Shown: positions 1 through 11,074, counted from the stretch's first letter. The stretch is 51,644 nt of DNA from Candidatus Aenigmatarchaeota archaeon (GCA_018920345.1 JAHLMN010000011.1:1-51644); one strand, 5' to 3'. Notes: generated from the letters alone by a model not told the origin. Program-made: numbers and translations.

Positions 1-184
<184 letters not shown>

Positions 185-207
185 AATATTATTTTTTTTA
201 TTTAAAT

Positions 208-975
208 TTAATATTTTATTGCATAAATCATGCTATAAAAATTATTTAATACAAAAATTCTGTATTTCATTTTTTTCAAATGATTTAAAATAATTTTATG
301 GTTATATTTTTCGTTTATTTCATGAAATTCTAGAACTATTTTATCTATTTTTTCAAAATATTTTCTTGGTAAACTTAAAAGAACATCATATTCGCAACCC
401 TCACAATCTATTTTTAACAAATTTACTTTATTATTTATTTGATCAATAATTTTTTTCAATGTTGTTATTTCAATTAAAGTATAATTATTTTTATTTTCAA
501 TTATTTTAGTAGAATGAGCTGCTTTATTTTTTTCCGATATATAAAGTTTTTCAAAATCTTCTCTTCCACCTAATCCCTTGTTAAAAATTTTTATATTTTT
601 TAATTTATTTATTTCAACATTTTTCTTTAACAATTCAAAATTCTCTTTTAATGGTTCGAATGAATAGACTATACCTTTTTTTGCTTGAAAAGCAGCAAAA
701 GTGGAAAATATGCCTATATGAGCTCCTATATCTATAACAATGTCATTTTCTTTTATTTCAAAACCTGTAGGAGAATACAACTTTTTTATCCATATTTCGT
801 TTAATATAGTTTTATCATTAGTATCTGGTCTTATGATATATCTTAATCCATTTCTAAGAAATACGTTATTATTTTTAAAGATACCTATATAATTTAATAA
901 ATAGCTTGGCCAATTTTTTATGTTTTTAATTATACCAAAAAATATTTCAGCATTTATTAATATTTTTCTTAACAT
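208..975 (-). CDS. FkbM-family SAM methyltransferase
   Basis: VIDIGAHIG, FEP, LKIDCEGCEY motifs; ATG at 975 (TTG at 984 is an alternative start). Confidence 0.9.
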   Translation of the reverse strand: MLRKILINAEIFFGIIKNIKNWPSYLLNYIGIFKNNNVFLRNGLRYIIRPDTNDKTILNEIWIKKLYSPTGFEIKENDIVIDIGAHIGIFSTFAAFQAKKGIVYSFEPLKENFELLKKNVEINKLKNIKIFNKGLGGREDFEKLYISEKNKAAHSTKIIENKNNYTLIEITTLKKIIDQINNKVNLLKIDCEGCEYDVLLSLPRKYFEKIDKIVLEFHEINEKYNHKIILNHLKKMKYRIFVLNNFYSMIYAIKY

Positions 976-1015
976 ATTAATCAATTATAAAATTTCATAT
1001 ATTTATGGTGATTTT

Positions 1016-2083
1016 TTGAAAATAGCAATATTTTTTGATATATTTGACGAGATGGGTGGTGCAGAAAAATTTGCTATTATGGTGGCAAAAAAGTTAAAGG
1101 CCGACATATATACAACTTATGTTAATTGGAATTTATTTAAAAAAGAAATGAAAGGAATAAAAGTTAAAGAAATTGGATTAACATTTAAAAATCATAAACT
1201 ATTAACCTATAGTGAAATTGCATTTAGATTTTCTCAACTAAAATTGAAAGATTATGATTTTTACATTTTTATGAGGTTATATTGTATTTCTGCTGCTAGA
1301 AACCATCATCCAAATTTATGGCTTTGCTCAAGTCCAATAAGAGCTGTTTATGATTTACATGACTTTATATATAAAAATCTAAAATTTTGGCAAAAACCGA
1401 TATTCAAATTATGGTGTTTAATCTACAAATATTTTGATAAAAAATGGGTAAAGAATTTTGATAAAATAACTGCAAATTCTAAAAATGTGGCTAAAAGATT
1501 AAAAGATTTTTATGGGTTAGATGTAGAAGTGACATATCATCCAGTAGAATTTAAAAAATATAGATATTCAGAGCCAGAAGATTATTATTTTGCACCAGGA
1601 AGATTTGTAAAAGAAAAAAGAATGGACTTGATTATAAGAGCATTCAAAAGAATGTCAAACAAAAAGTTAGTAATAGCTGGTGATGGTCCTGAAAAAGAAA
1701 TACTTTTTGAATTAGCTAAAAATTCTAAAAATATAGAATTTGTTGGAGTTGTTGATGAAAATAAAATGGTTGAATTATATTCTAAGTGTATTGCAACCAT
1801 ATATATGCCAATAAATGAGGATTACGGTCTAGTGCCAATAGAATCTATGGCGTCTGGCAAACCATGTATTGCAGCAAATGAAGGTGGACCAAAAGAAACT
1901 ATCATTCATGGTAAAACCGGATTTTTAATAGAAGCAAAGGAAGATGAAATAATAAAATATGTAAACATTTTAACAAAAGATTTGGCAAAAAAAATGAAAG
2001 ATGATTGTATTGAAAGAGCTAAAGAATTTGATATTGATATATTTATTAAAAAAATAAAAAAAATAATAAGGTCTGGTAAATAA
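1016..2083 (+). CDS. GT4 glycosyltransferase (WbaZ/Alg2-like)
   Basis: GGAEK; EDYGLVPIESMASGKP (ExF/YGxxxxE motif); TTG start at 1016 after SD GGTGA. Confidence 0.9.
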   Translation: MKIAIFFDIFDEMGGAEKFAIMVAKKLKADIYTTYVNWNLFKKEMKGIKVKEIGLTFKNHKLLTYSEIAFRFSQLKLKDYDFYIFMRLYCISAARNHHPNLWLCSSPIRAVYDLHDFIYKNLKFWQKPIFKLWCLIYKYFDKKWVKNFDKITANSKNVAKRLKDFYGLDVEVTYHPVEFKKYRYSEPEDYYFAPGRFVKEKRMDLIIRAFKRMSNKKLVIAGDGPEKEILFELAKNSKNIEFVGVVDENKMVELYSKCIATIYMPINEDYGLVPIESMASGKPCIAANEGGPKETIIHGKTGFLIEAKEDEIIKYVNILTKDLAKKMKDDCIERAKEFDIDIFIKKIKKIIRSGK

Positions 2084-2631
2084 TGAAAATTTTAGATATA
2101 GGTTGTAGCACCATAGATAGAAAATATAAAAGTTCGAACCCTAAAGACAAAGTAATAGGTCTAGATAAATTTCATGTTAATGGTGCAGATGTATTAGCTG
2201 ATTTAGAAAAAACACTTCCGTTCAAAGATAATTCGTTTGATATGATAATTGCTAGTCATGTATTAGAACATACAAATAATTTTTTCTCTGTCATGGAAGA
2301 GATACATAGAATTTTGAAACCAAAAGGTATTTTAAAAGTTTGGGTGCCTCATTTTTCTTCTAACTTAGCTTATACAAATCCCGATCATAAAAGATTTTTT
2401 GCTGCATATACATTTGATCATTTTAAACCTGAAAATATTGAAAATTATTATTCTAAAGCAAGGTTTAATATAAGAAAAAGAAAATTAATAATTGTACATT
2501 CAGGTATATTTTATTTTTTAAACTATATATTTAATCCAATTATAAATCTGCGTATACCATTTTTTGAAAAATTCATTAATCCTTTTATAAGAGTTGATGA
2601 TATATATGTCGAAATGGAATGTATAAAATAA
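2083..2631 (+). CDS. Class I SAM methyltransferase (Methyltransf_11-like)
   Basis: ILDIGC, LPFKDNSFD, SHVLEH, RILKPKG, PDHKRFF; 1-nt overlap with the upstream stop. Confidence 0.85.
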   Translation: MKILDIGCSTIDRKYKSSNPKDKVIGLDKFHVNGADVLADLEKTLPFKDNSFDMIIASHVLEHTNNFFSVMEEIHRILKPKGILKVWVPHFSSNLAYTNPDHKRFFAAYTFDHFKPENIENYYSKARFNIRKRKLIIVHSGIFYFLNYIFNPIINLRIPFFEKFINPFIRVDDIYVEMECIK

Positions 2632-2651
2632 TTAACTTCAAATAAAAATAT

Positions 2652-3578
2652 ATGCTTGTTTCAATAATAATTCCAGCTTACAATGAAGAAAAAGATATAA
2701 AAGATGTTCTAGATTCTATATCTAAACAAACATATCCAAAAGAAAAAATAGAAACTATTGTTATAGACGACAAGTCTACAGATAAAACAGTAGAAATAGC
2801 CAAGAAATATCCTGTTAAAATTATTAAAGGTAAACATAAAGGTGTCGGTGCTGCAAGAAATTTAGGAATTAAAAATTCAAAAGGAGAAATAATATTTTTT
2901 GTTGATGCTGACCAAGTTTTGGATAAAAATTATGTAAAAGAAATTGTAAATATATTTAGAGATAAAAATGTTGCTGGTGTTTCTGGGTTTGAATTATTGT
3001 ATAATAAAAACAGTTTAATTGCAAAATTATCTTATTTGAAAAAAATATTGGGTTATGAAACATCAAAACTAATTCCATTGAGTGCCGTAAGAAAAGAAAT
3101 AATTCAAAAAGTCGGATTTATCAATCCTAAATTTGGTATGTACGATGATTGGGAATTTGCAAAAAGAGTATCAGAAAAATATAAAATAATTAGGACAAAA
3201 AAAGCAAAATTTTACCATAAAGAGCCAGATGACCTTAAAAAAATTTATAGACAATGCAAATGGACAGCTAAATCTAACATATTTTTATTGAAAAGAAAGG
3301 AATATAAAAAAGCATTAATTAATTTTGGATTCATATTATTAAACTCTATTCTTCCTGTATATATTTTACTTTTATTTTTGCAAAAACCATTTAATTTGCT
3401 TGGGGCTTTAGGTTTATTAGTTTTCTTAATAGTAGAATTATCAAGAAGTTTTAAAATGTTTAAAATAACAAAATGGAAAGAATCTTTTTTAACGCCAATT
3501 TATGATTGTTTTTATATGATTCTGGTAATAGTCGGGTTGATAGATGCATTGGTGCATAGAGAAAGTTTCGGTATATAA
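2652..3578 (+). CDS. GT2 glycosyltransferase with C-terminal TM helices
   Basis: VSIIIPAYNEE, DDKSTDKT, ARNLG, FVDAD. Confidence 0.9.
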   Translation: MLVSIIIPAYNEEKDIKDVLDSISKQTYPKEKIETIVIDDKSTDKTVEIAKKYPVKIIKGKHKGVGAARNLGIKNSKGEIIFFVDADQVLDKNYVKEIVNIFRDKNVAGVSGFELLYNKNSLIAKLSYLKKILGYETSKLIPLSAVRKEIIQKVGFINPKFGMYDDWEFAKRVSEKYKIIRTKKAKFYHKEPDDLKKIYRQCKWTAKSNIFLLKRKEYKKALINFGFILLNSILPVYILLLFLQKPFNLLGALGLLVFLIVELSRSFKMFKITKWKESFLTPIYDCFYMILVIVGLIDALVHRESFGI

Positions 3579-3606
3579 ATTTATTTTTAAAATTTTATAT
3601 ATAATT

Positions 3607-4350
3607 ATGATAGAAAAAATAAGAAGATTTATAAAATCAATTTTTGTTTTTAAAAATTGGATCATGTATTCTTTAGATATAATAAAAAAAAATAATTATT
3701 TAATTTTGAAAACAAGAAAAGGTATAAATTACAAAGTTAGAAAAAATACAGCAGACAAAGGTATTATTCTAGAAATATTTTTTGATAAAGTATATACACC
3801 TGATGGATTTGAAATAGAAGAGAACGATTTAGTAATAGATATAGGTGCACACATAGGTGTTTTTTCCTTGTTTGCATCAACATACACAAAAAATAAAATA
3901 TTTTCATTTGAACCATTACCAGAAAATTTTGATCTATTAAAAGAAAACGTAGAATTTAACAAAAAAAATAATATAAGAATATTTAACTTGGGTGTTTGTG
4001 GAAAAAAAGGGAAAAGATACATATTTTATGATGATTCCAATACAGGTGGTCATTCTCTCTTCAAAAAAAGTAGTAAAAAATTTTTGATAAAATGTATAAC
4101 TTTAGACGAAATTTTTGACAATTTTAAAATAGAAAGATGTGATTTTTTAAAAATTGATTGTGAAGGTTGTGAATATGAAATAATTTTTTATTCAAAAAAA
4201 AATACATTAAAAAAGATTTCAAAAATATCAATGGAAATACATCAAGTTAGAAAAAATAAAATTATTAAATTAGAAAAAATTTTAAAATCTGTAGGCTTTG
4301 AAGTAATTAAAAAAAATAAAATGTTATATGCTAAGAGATTTAATTTTTAA
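3607..4350 (+). CDS. FkbM-family SAM methyltransferase (paralog of 208..975)
   Basis: VIDIGAHIG, FEP, LKIDCEGCEY; ATG at 3607 avoids overlap with the GT2 gene. Confidence 0.9.
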   Translation: MIEKIRRFIKSIFVFKNWIMYSLDIIKKNNYLILKTRKGINYKVRKNTADKGIILEIFFDKVYTPDGFEIEENDLVIDIGAHIGVFSLFASTYTKNKIFSFEPLPENFDLLKENVEFNKKNNIRIFNLGVCGKKGKRYIFYDDSNTGGHSLFKKSSKKFLIKCITLDEIFDNFKIERCDFLKIDCEGCEYEIIFYSKKNTLKKISKISMEIHQVRKNKIIKLEKILKSVGFEVIKKNKMLYAKRFNF

Positions 4351-4366
4351 AATCAAATAAATTTTA

Positions 4367-5437
4367 ATGAAAATAGGAATTATTCATCCCTATCAAAGAT
4401 GTAAAGGTGGTGGTGAAAGAATTTGTTGTTATTTAGCATATCATCTACTTAAAAAAGGTTTTGATATATCTATATTTTCTGACCAAAAAGAATTAGCTTA
4501 TCCAGAAATTTTTATTAAAAAAATGCCAAAAGTAGTTTTACCAAAAATAAAATTAAATTTTATGAATACAAAAAATCTTGAATTATATAAACATTGGATA
4601 TATCCTTTCTTATTTGATTACAAAGATTTTGACATACTAATAGATACTATGGGGTCGTCTTTGATTCATGCAAAAATAAATAAAAAAGTTAAAATATTTT
4701 ATTTTCATTTTCCAACAACAAAAAAATTTCTAAATCCTAATATAAAATTTCCAAAAAGCATATATTATGATTTTAAAGATTTTTTTGATAAAATTTCATT
4801 AAAAATAAAAAGTGAAATAAAATTTGCGTGTAATTCAAATTATATAAAAATTCTTTTGGAAAAAAATTATAATATAAATGCAGAAGTGATAAGACCTCCA
4901 GTAGATACTAATTTCTTCGTTCCAACAAAAAAACCGAAAGAAGATTTTATTTTATTAACTGGAAGGATAAGAAGGTTTAAAAAATTTGAATTAGCATTAA
5001 AATATCTTAAAGGAGAAAATGTAATAATAGCAGGTCAAATAAATGAAATTGACTATTTTAATGAATTAAAAAAGAATTTTCCTTTCGTTAAATTTGAAAC
5101 AAACATAAATGATTCAAAATTAAAATATTTATATCAAAATTGTAAAGCATATATATTTACAAATTGGGAAGAACACTTCGGAATTGTACCTTTTGAAGCT
5201 ATGAGTTGTGAAAGGAAAGTTATAGTTCCAGAATTTTGTGGAGCCAGCGAACTAATAGAAGATGGTGTTAATGGATTTATAGTAAAAAAAGATTTTTCTA
5301 ATTTTAATGAAGTAATTAATAATTTATTAAATAGTGGGAAAGAAATAGAGAAAAATGCTAGGAATACTGTAGTAAAAAATTTATCTTTAAATGTTTTTGG
5401 AAAAAAATTTGAAAATTTATTGAGTGAATTCATATGA
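4367..5437 (+). CDS. GT4 glycosyltransferase, Alg11-like
   Basis: IIHPY..KGGGER, DILIDTMG, YFHFP, WEEHFGIVPFEAM. Confidence 0.85.
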   Translation: MKIGIIHPYQRCKGGGERICCYLAYHLLKKGFDISIFSDQKELAYPEIFIKKMPKVVLPKIKLNFMNTKNLELYKHWIYPFLFDYKDFDILIDTMGSSLIHAKINKKVKIFYFHFPTTKKFLNPNIKFPKSIYYDFKDFFDKISLKIKSEIKFACNSNYIKILLEKNYNINAEVIRPPVDTNFFVPTKKPKEDFILLTGRIRRFKKFELALKYLKGENVIIAGQINEIDYFNELKKNFPFVKFETNINDSKLKYLYQNCKAYIFTNWEEHFGIVPFEAMSCERKVIVPEFCGASELIEDGVNGFIVKKDFSNFNEVINNLLNSGKEIEKNARNTVVKNLSLNVFGKKFENLLSEFI

Positions 5438-6633
5438 AAATTTTTCTTTCAAATCAATATTTTTATCAGGCAGGTGGCACAGAAACAATGTTCTTTAAAT
5501 TACTAAATTTTCTAAAAAATGAAGGTCATGAAGTAGTAACATTAAGTGTTTTTTCAGAGAAAAACATTAAAATTAATGGAGTTAAATCATATTTTACAAA
5601 ATCTTATCTTCAGCAGAATAAACTTAAAATTCCTTTAAATAGAATTTTTAATTTACATGCTTACAGAGTAACAAAAAAAATAATTGAAAAAGAAAAACCT
5701 GATATAGCTCATTTCTATAATACTAGCTTAATGTCACCTAGTCCAATAATAGCATTTTTAGAAAAAAATTTACCTGTAATTAAAACCTTCAATGATTATG
5801 AACATATTTGCCCTGACAGCAGTAAAACAAAATGGTCTAAATTTTGTAATAAAGAAATGTCTTTTATAAATTGTTTTAGTTGTGACAGAAGAAATGTAAA
5901 TCCAAGTATACCAGTAATAATATATTATAATACATTAATAAAAAAATTTGAGCTGAATATTTTTAAAAAAATTCATTGTGTTTCTATATGTAAAATAATT
6001 CAAAATGCATTAATGCAATCAAAAATTAGATCAGAATTGATTTACCAAAGTATAGATATACCAAAACAAGTTCCAAAAATTAATTTTACAGGAAATATAT
6101 TGTATGCAGGAAGATTATCTAAAGAAAAAGGTGTTAAATATTTAATAAAATCTTTAACTATTGTTAAAAAGGAATTTCCTAGAGTTAAATTATTGATAGC
6201 TGGAGATGGGCCTGAAAGATCATATTTAGAAAAACTTGTAAAAAAATTAAAATTAGAAAATAATATCAAATTTCTGGGTTGGCTAAATAAAGAAAATCTA
6301 AAAAATCTTTATGAAAATGTTGATTTTATTGTTCTACCATCTATTTGGCAAGAACCTTTTGGATTAACTGGATTGGAAGCTATGTCTTATGGTAGGCCTG
6401 TCATAGCTTTTAATGTAGGAGGAATAAGCGAATATGTTATAAACAATAAAAATGGTTTTCTTGTAGATGTTTTTGATATAAAATCATTAGGAGAAAAAAT
6501 TAAAATATTATTGAACGATAAAAAAACTCTTTTAGAATTTTCGAAAGAATCAATAAAAAAGTCAAAAGAATTTTCAGATGATATATTTTTCAAAAAAATA
6601 AAAAAACTTTATTCAAAGGTGATGCTATATTAA
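5434..6633 (+). CDS. GT4 glycosyltransferase
   Basis: GGTE, YAGRLSKEKG, PSIWQEPFGLTGLEAM; ATGA overlap with the upstream gene. Confidence 0.9.
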   Translation: MKIFLSNQYFYQAGGTETMFFKLLNFLKNEGHEVVTLSVFSEKNIKINGVKSYFTKSYLQQNKLKIPLNRIFNLHAYRVTKKIIEKEKPDIAHFYNTSLMSPSPIIAFLEKNLPVIKTFNDYEHICPDSSKTKWSKFCNKEMSFINCFSCDRRNVNPSIPVIIYYNTLIKKFELNIFKKIHCVSICKIIQNALMQSKIRSELIYQSIDIPKQVPKINFTGNILYAGRLSKEKGVKYLIKSLTIVKKEFPRVKLLIAGDGPERSYLEKLVKKLKLENNIKFLGWLNKENLKNLYENVDFIVLPSIWQEPFGLTGLEAMSYGRPVIAFNVGGISEYVINNKNGFLVDVFDIKSLGEKIKILLNDKKTLLEFSKESIKKSKEFSDDIFFKKIKKLYSKVMLY

Positions 6634-7753
6634 ATATTGGATATTCATATTATCTGTTTTGGTCTTTTTGTTTTTTCTTTTCAATTTTGTTGTGGATGAA
6701 AACAAAAATTATTTTTCTGTGGATGAAAAAATACACATAAACAATTCTGAATATATTGTGAAAAATAAATATTTTATTAATGAACCTAAAAAATATTTGG
6801 ATTTTCCTGCGCCAACAACACCTTTAGCAAACATTTTCTTTTCTTTATTTATTTTTATATCTAAAGACATAGTTTTTTTAAGGCTAGTAAATATTCTAAT
6901 TTCAATATTATGTATAGTTATTTTTTCAAAGATATTAAATGAGTTAAAAATAAAAGATGATTTTAAAATTTTGTCTTTTTTTACTTTTCCATATTTTATT
7001 ATGTTGTCTCAAATAGTTATGACAGATATTTTTGCTTTGCTAATGGCATTAATTTCTGTTTATTATTTCGTAAAATATGAGAAAGATTTAAAAAAATATA
7101 ATTTATTGCTTTCATCTTTGTTTTTTTGTCTATCTTTCTTCTCAAGACAATATTATATTTTTGTTGGTCTATCCCATTTGTTTTATCTTTTCATAAAAAA
7201 TAAAAAAGACATTTTATTCTATTCAATATTTTTAATTCCAATAATAATTTACATTTTTTTTCAAAAAGGATTAACACCGATAGAATTTAGAAATTCTTAT
7301 AATATTAATTTTTTCCCAATAAAATTTTTTATAATATCATCAATTGGATTTTATTTTTTTCCACAAATTATGAAAATAAAAATTAACATAAACTATTTAA
7401 TAATTTTGATCTTTTTAATACTTTTAGTTTTTCTCAAAATAATAGAAATTTCTTGTGTAGGCATTTCATGTAGATTAATAAATAATATTGTTTTTGGTAT
7501 CATTTTTTCTTTTTTAGGTATTTTACTAATCTTTGATTTTACAAAAAATAAAATTAAAAAAATTACATTTTCTTTTTATTTAATATTCTTTGTCATAGAA
7601 CAATTTTTCAATTCAATGCCTTATGACAGATATTTTTTAAGTATATATTGGGTCTTGATAATATTTTCTGACAAAAAATTATCAAAAATTCAATTTTTGT
7701 ATTTCTTAATTTTATCAACAGTTTATATTTTTTACAAGCTATTTTTTATTTAA
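6629..7753 (+). CDS. Polytopic GT-C glycosyltransferase (Alg10/PMT-like); probable ATT start at 6629
   Basis: Multiple TM segments; DEKIH, TTPL, MTDIF, SRQY motifs; SD AGGTGA at 6617-6622. First canonical start is TTG at 6659. Confidence 0.7.
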   Translation: MKYWIFILSVLVFLFFLFNFVVDENKNYFSVDEKIHINNSEYIVKNKYFINEPKKYLDFPAPTTPLANIFFSLFIFISKDIVFLRLVNILISILCIVIFSKILNELKIKDDFKILSFFTFPYFIMLSQIVMTDIFALLMALISVYYFVKYEKDLKKYNLLLSSLFFCLSFFSRQYYIFVGLSHLFYLFIKNKKDILFYSIFLIPIIIYIFFQKGLTPIEFRNSYNINFFPIKFFIISSIGFYFFPQIMKIKININYLIILIFLILLVFLKIIEISCVGISCRLINNIVFGIIFSFLGILLIFDFTKNKIKKITFSFYLIFFVIEQFFNSMPYDRYFLSIYWVLIIFSDKKLSKIQFLYFLILSTVYIFYKLFFI

Positions 7754-9432
7754 ATCAATTTTTCAACAGGTATTAGATTTTTTCCAGTATAATTTAATTC
7801 ATAAATTATTATACCATCACAACCTCCTTGTGACATACATTGATTTAGATTTGGTCCTGTTTCATAAACTTTGACAAAATCTGTTGGGTTATTTTCTAAA
7901 TATCTTACAAAACTTATCGGATGTCTTTCACTTAACTTTGCATCATCCCAAGCTATCAAAGATTTTTGTATAAACAAGTGTGTTGCATTTTGCATATGAA
8001 GAACAGAAAGCATCAAAGTATTATTTTGACTTAAAACAACATCCGGTCCTCCAGCTGCTATGTTTCTATCACAATTGTAACCTGCTGCAGGCATATAAAT
8101 TATTGCACCTAACCTAGCGTCTTTAGGTGTATTTTTCTTCACCCAATCACATGCCTGTAAAAATTCAGGTGAGAATTTTTTAACTAAATTCATTGTCTTT
8201 ATTTTTTGATTAAAATTCATGAAAGATATGAAGATTATAAATAAAAAGAAAATTATTGATATTAACTTTATATTTTTTTCCAAAAAATCATATATATTTT
8301 TTAAATAAATTGAAGCTATTAATGCCATTATTGGAACTAATGGCATTATCCATCTTGCAGTATCTTCAGCCCTAGATTTAAATGCAATATAATAAATTGG
8401 AAGAAATGAAATAAATACTAAAAGAGTTAATATTCTTTCTTTTTCTCTTTTTGTAGTAAAATAAAATAAACCTAAGAAAAAGAATAATGGTAAAAACCAT
8501 AAATATCCATAAGCAAATTCAAAATAATTTTGCATTCCCAATTTGAAAGGAGTCATTTCTGTACCTACTTGAACTGTTCTTCCTTCCATTTGATATTTTG
8601 GTTCATATTTTATTTTTGTTAGATTACATTTGTCTACTGAAAAAAATGGTATAAAGGCAGAGCATATAGGTGTTTTGTAAAGAATCAAATTTCTTAGGAA
8701 AAAACCTGAAGTTACTAAAATTATTAAAACAAAGATCGGCAAAAATTTTATAATTACTTTTAGATTTTTTTCTAAAAAAATTTCATATAACAAAAATATA
8801 CCAAAAATAGTAGGAACCATTGCATAACCAGAAGTTTTACCTAAAACAAGTAAACCTCCGAAAATTCCAGCAAGTAAGCCAAATTTTTTGTCATTATTTT
8901 TCAAGTATAAAACGAAGGATAGCACAAAAAAAGTAAAATAAAATGTCATCATTGCATCTTTATAATTCAAAACTGAATATGTAACAACAGAAGGTGTTGT
9001 AACTGTTATAACAGCAGTAAAAAAAGCTATTGTTTTATTATTGAAAATTTTTTTACCTAAAAAATATGAAATATAACCTACGCATATGACTCCTATGAAT
9101 GGAGGTAAGACTTTGATTACAATATCAGATCTAAAGATCATGAATAAACTCGCTCCCAATAAATGCCATAAGGGATTGTCAGAAACACCCATTTCACCTA
9201 AAGGATTGCTATAATAAGGATGCCATTTTGGATAATCAACATTTAAACCAATATATCTTTGAAGCATTCCATGATATCCTTCGTCACCAAAAGCTATAGG
9301 ATTAGTTAACGTAACCCTAAGTTGAAGAATAAAAAGAGCAAGTAAGAATATAGAAAGTATTAACAATTCAGGGTTTTTTATTTCAAATTCTATTTCTTCA
9401 TCTTTTTTTTGTTTTTCTTGTTTTTTTGCCAT
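7750..9432 (-). CDS. GT-C (ArnT/PMT_2-like) membrane glycosyltransferase
   Basis: GDEGYH loop after the first TM, many TM helices, C-terminal extracellular domain starting DWVKKNTPKDA. Confidence 0.8.
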   Translation of the reverse strand: MAKKQEKQKKDEEIEFEIKNPELLILSIFLLALFILQLRVTLTNPIAFGDEGYHGMLQRYIGLNVDYPKWHPYYSNPLGEMGVSDNPLWHLLGASLFMIFRSDIVIKVLPPFIGVICVGYISYFLGKKIFNNKTIAFFTAVITVTTPSVVTYSVLNYKDAMMTFYFTFFVLSFVLYLKNNDKKFGLLAGIFGGLLVLGKTSGYAMVPTIFGIFLLYEIFLEKNLKVIIKFLPIFVLIILVTSGFFLRNLILYKTPICSAFIPFFSVDKCNLTKIKYEPKYQMEGRTVQVGTEMTPFKLGMQNYFEFAYGYLWFLPLFFFLGLFYFTTKREKERILTLLVFISFLPIYYIAFKSRAEDTARWIMPLVPIMALIASIYLKNIYDFLEKNIKLISIIFFLFIIFISFMNFNQKIKTMNLVKKFSPEFLQACDWVKKNTPKDARLGAIIYMPAAGYNCDRNIAAGGPDVVLSQNNTLMLSVLHMQNATHLFIQKSLIAWDDAKLSERHPISFVRYLENNPTDFVKVYETGPNLNQCMSQGGCDGIIIYELNYTGKNLIPVEKLI

Positions 9433-9553
9433 TTCTATCAGTCTTAATAATTATTATAAGAATATTATTTATAGATTAAAATTTTTGAAAATGTTTAAAG
9501 TATAAGAGTTTAATTTTTATTTGTGTCTTATAATATAATATAACGGTGTTATA

Positions 9554-11074
9554 ATGAGAGTATTGCTAATAAATTCGCCTTTTAAAGTAAAGATAAGCAA
9601 AGATAGTAGATGGCCAGAATATACAAAATCAGGTACTTTGTATTATCCTTTCTGGCTAGCTTATGCAACTGCTGTTATAATGGAAAGGGGTAAACACAAA
9701 CCATTATTAGTAGATGCTATAGCCAAAAAAATGAGTTTTGATGACAGCATTAAAAAAGCCAAAAAGTTTAACCCAGATCTCGTTGTAATTGAAACTTCTA
9801 CGCCTACTGCTTATAGTGATGTTAAATTTGCTGAATTGGTAAAGGAAGAACTAGGAAGAGATGTTTATACAGCTTTATCAGGTACTCTTGCTTCCTCAAA
9901 ACCCTTTGAACTGATAAAAATGTCTGATAGTATTGATTTTGTCATAAGGGGTGAATATGATTATACTATTGATGAATTAGCAACTGTTTTAGAGAAAGGT
10001 GATGATATAAGTAAAGTTTTGGGATTAACTTATAGAAATAAAAAAGGTATATTCAATACACCACCACGTCCATTAGTTACAAATTTGGATGATATACCTT
10101 TTGTCTCCAAAGCTTACAAAAAATTCTTGAATGTCTTTGATTATAGATATGCTTTAGCTAGATACCCTATGCTTCAAACATGGACTTCTAGAGGATGTCC
10201 TGCTAGATGCAACTTTTGTCAATATCCCCAATCCTTTACAATGCATTTGTTTAGAATGAGATCTCCGAAAAACGTTGTAGATGAAATGGAATATATAATA
10301 GAAAATTTGCCTGCAGTAAAAGAAATATTCTTTGAAGATGACACTTTTACCATAAATCAAAATAGAGTTATGGAAATTTGCAAAGAAATAAAAGAACGTG
10401 GGTTGCATAAATCTGGTGTTGTTTGGTCATGTAATGTTAGGGTACAAACAAAATATGAAACATTAAAAGCCATGAAAGATGCGGGCTGTAGAATTGTTAT
10501 AGTTGGTTATGAATCGGGAAACGACCAAGTTTTAAGCAATATAAGAAAAGGTGCTACTGTTAAAGAAGCTAGGAGATTCACTCTGGACGCAAAAAGAGCT
10601 GGTTTGCGCATTTTCGGCTGTTTTATGATAGGTTTATCTGGAGATACTAGAGATAGTATAATGGATACTTTGAAGCTAGCAAAAGACATGAATCCTGATA
10701 TGGCTTTCTTTCAACAAGCAGTACCATTCCCAGGAACAGAATTTTATGAATGGGCAAAAATGAATGGATATTTGGTGACAGAAGATTGGAGTCAATGGCT
10801 AGATAGCAACGGCAGGTTAAGATGTTTAGTAAGCTATCCTTGGTTGAAAGCAGAAGAAATAGACAAGTTAAGAGACAAATTAATGCTTGAATTTTATACA
10901 AATCCTAAACACATAGCCCAAACAATAGTTAAAAATCTTCATCCTTTAGAAGCTTCTAGAGTTGCTGTTTATGCATTTGAATATTTAAAATATCTTGTAA
11001 AAAGGAAAATATCCCCTGATGGTGTTGTTAAACAAGATTTCGAAAATTTTGTTGGAAATAATAACATTTCATAA
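9554..11074 (+). CDS. B12-binding radical SAM protein (HpnJ-like)
   Basis: SRGCPARCNFC (CxxxCxxC), RGEYD, EDDTF, GYESG, PFPGTEFY; N-terminal YPFWLAYA cobalamin-binding region. Confidence 0.9.
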   Translation: MRVLLINSPFKVKISKDSRWPEYTKSGTLYYPFWLAYATAVIMERGKHKPLLVDAIAKKMSFDDSIKKAKKFNPDLVVIETSTPTAYSDVKFAELVKEELGRDVYTALSGTLASSKPFELIKMSDSIDFVIRGEYDYTIDELATVLEKGDDISKVLGLTYRNKKGIFNTPPRPLVTNLDDIPFVSKAYKKFLNVFDYRYALARYPMLQTWTSRGCPARCNFCQYPQSFTMHLFRMRSPKNVVDEMEYIIENLPAVKEIFFEDDTFTINQNRVMEICKEIKERGLHKSGVVWSCNVRVQTKYETLKAMKDAGCRIVIVGYESGNDQVLSNIRKGATVKEARRFTLDAKRAGLRIFGCFMIGLSGDTRDSIMDTLKLAKDMNPDMAFFQQAVPFPGTEFYEWAKMNGYLVTEDWSQWLDSNGRLRCLVSYPWLKAEEIDKLRDKLMLEFYTNPKHIAQTIVKNLHPLEASRVAVYAFEYLKYLVKRKISPDGVVKQDFENFVGNNNIS

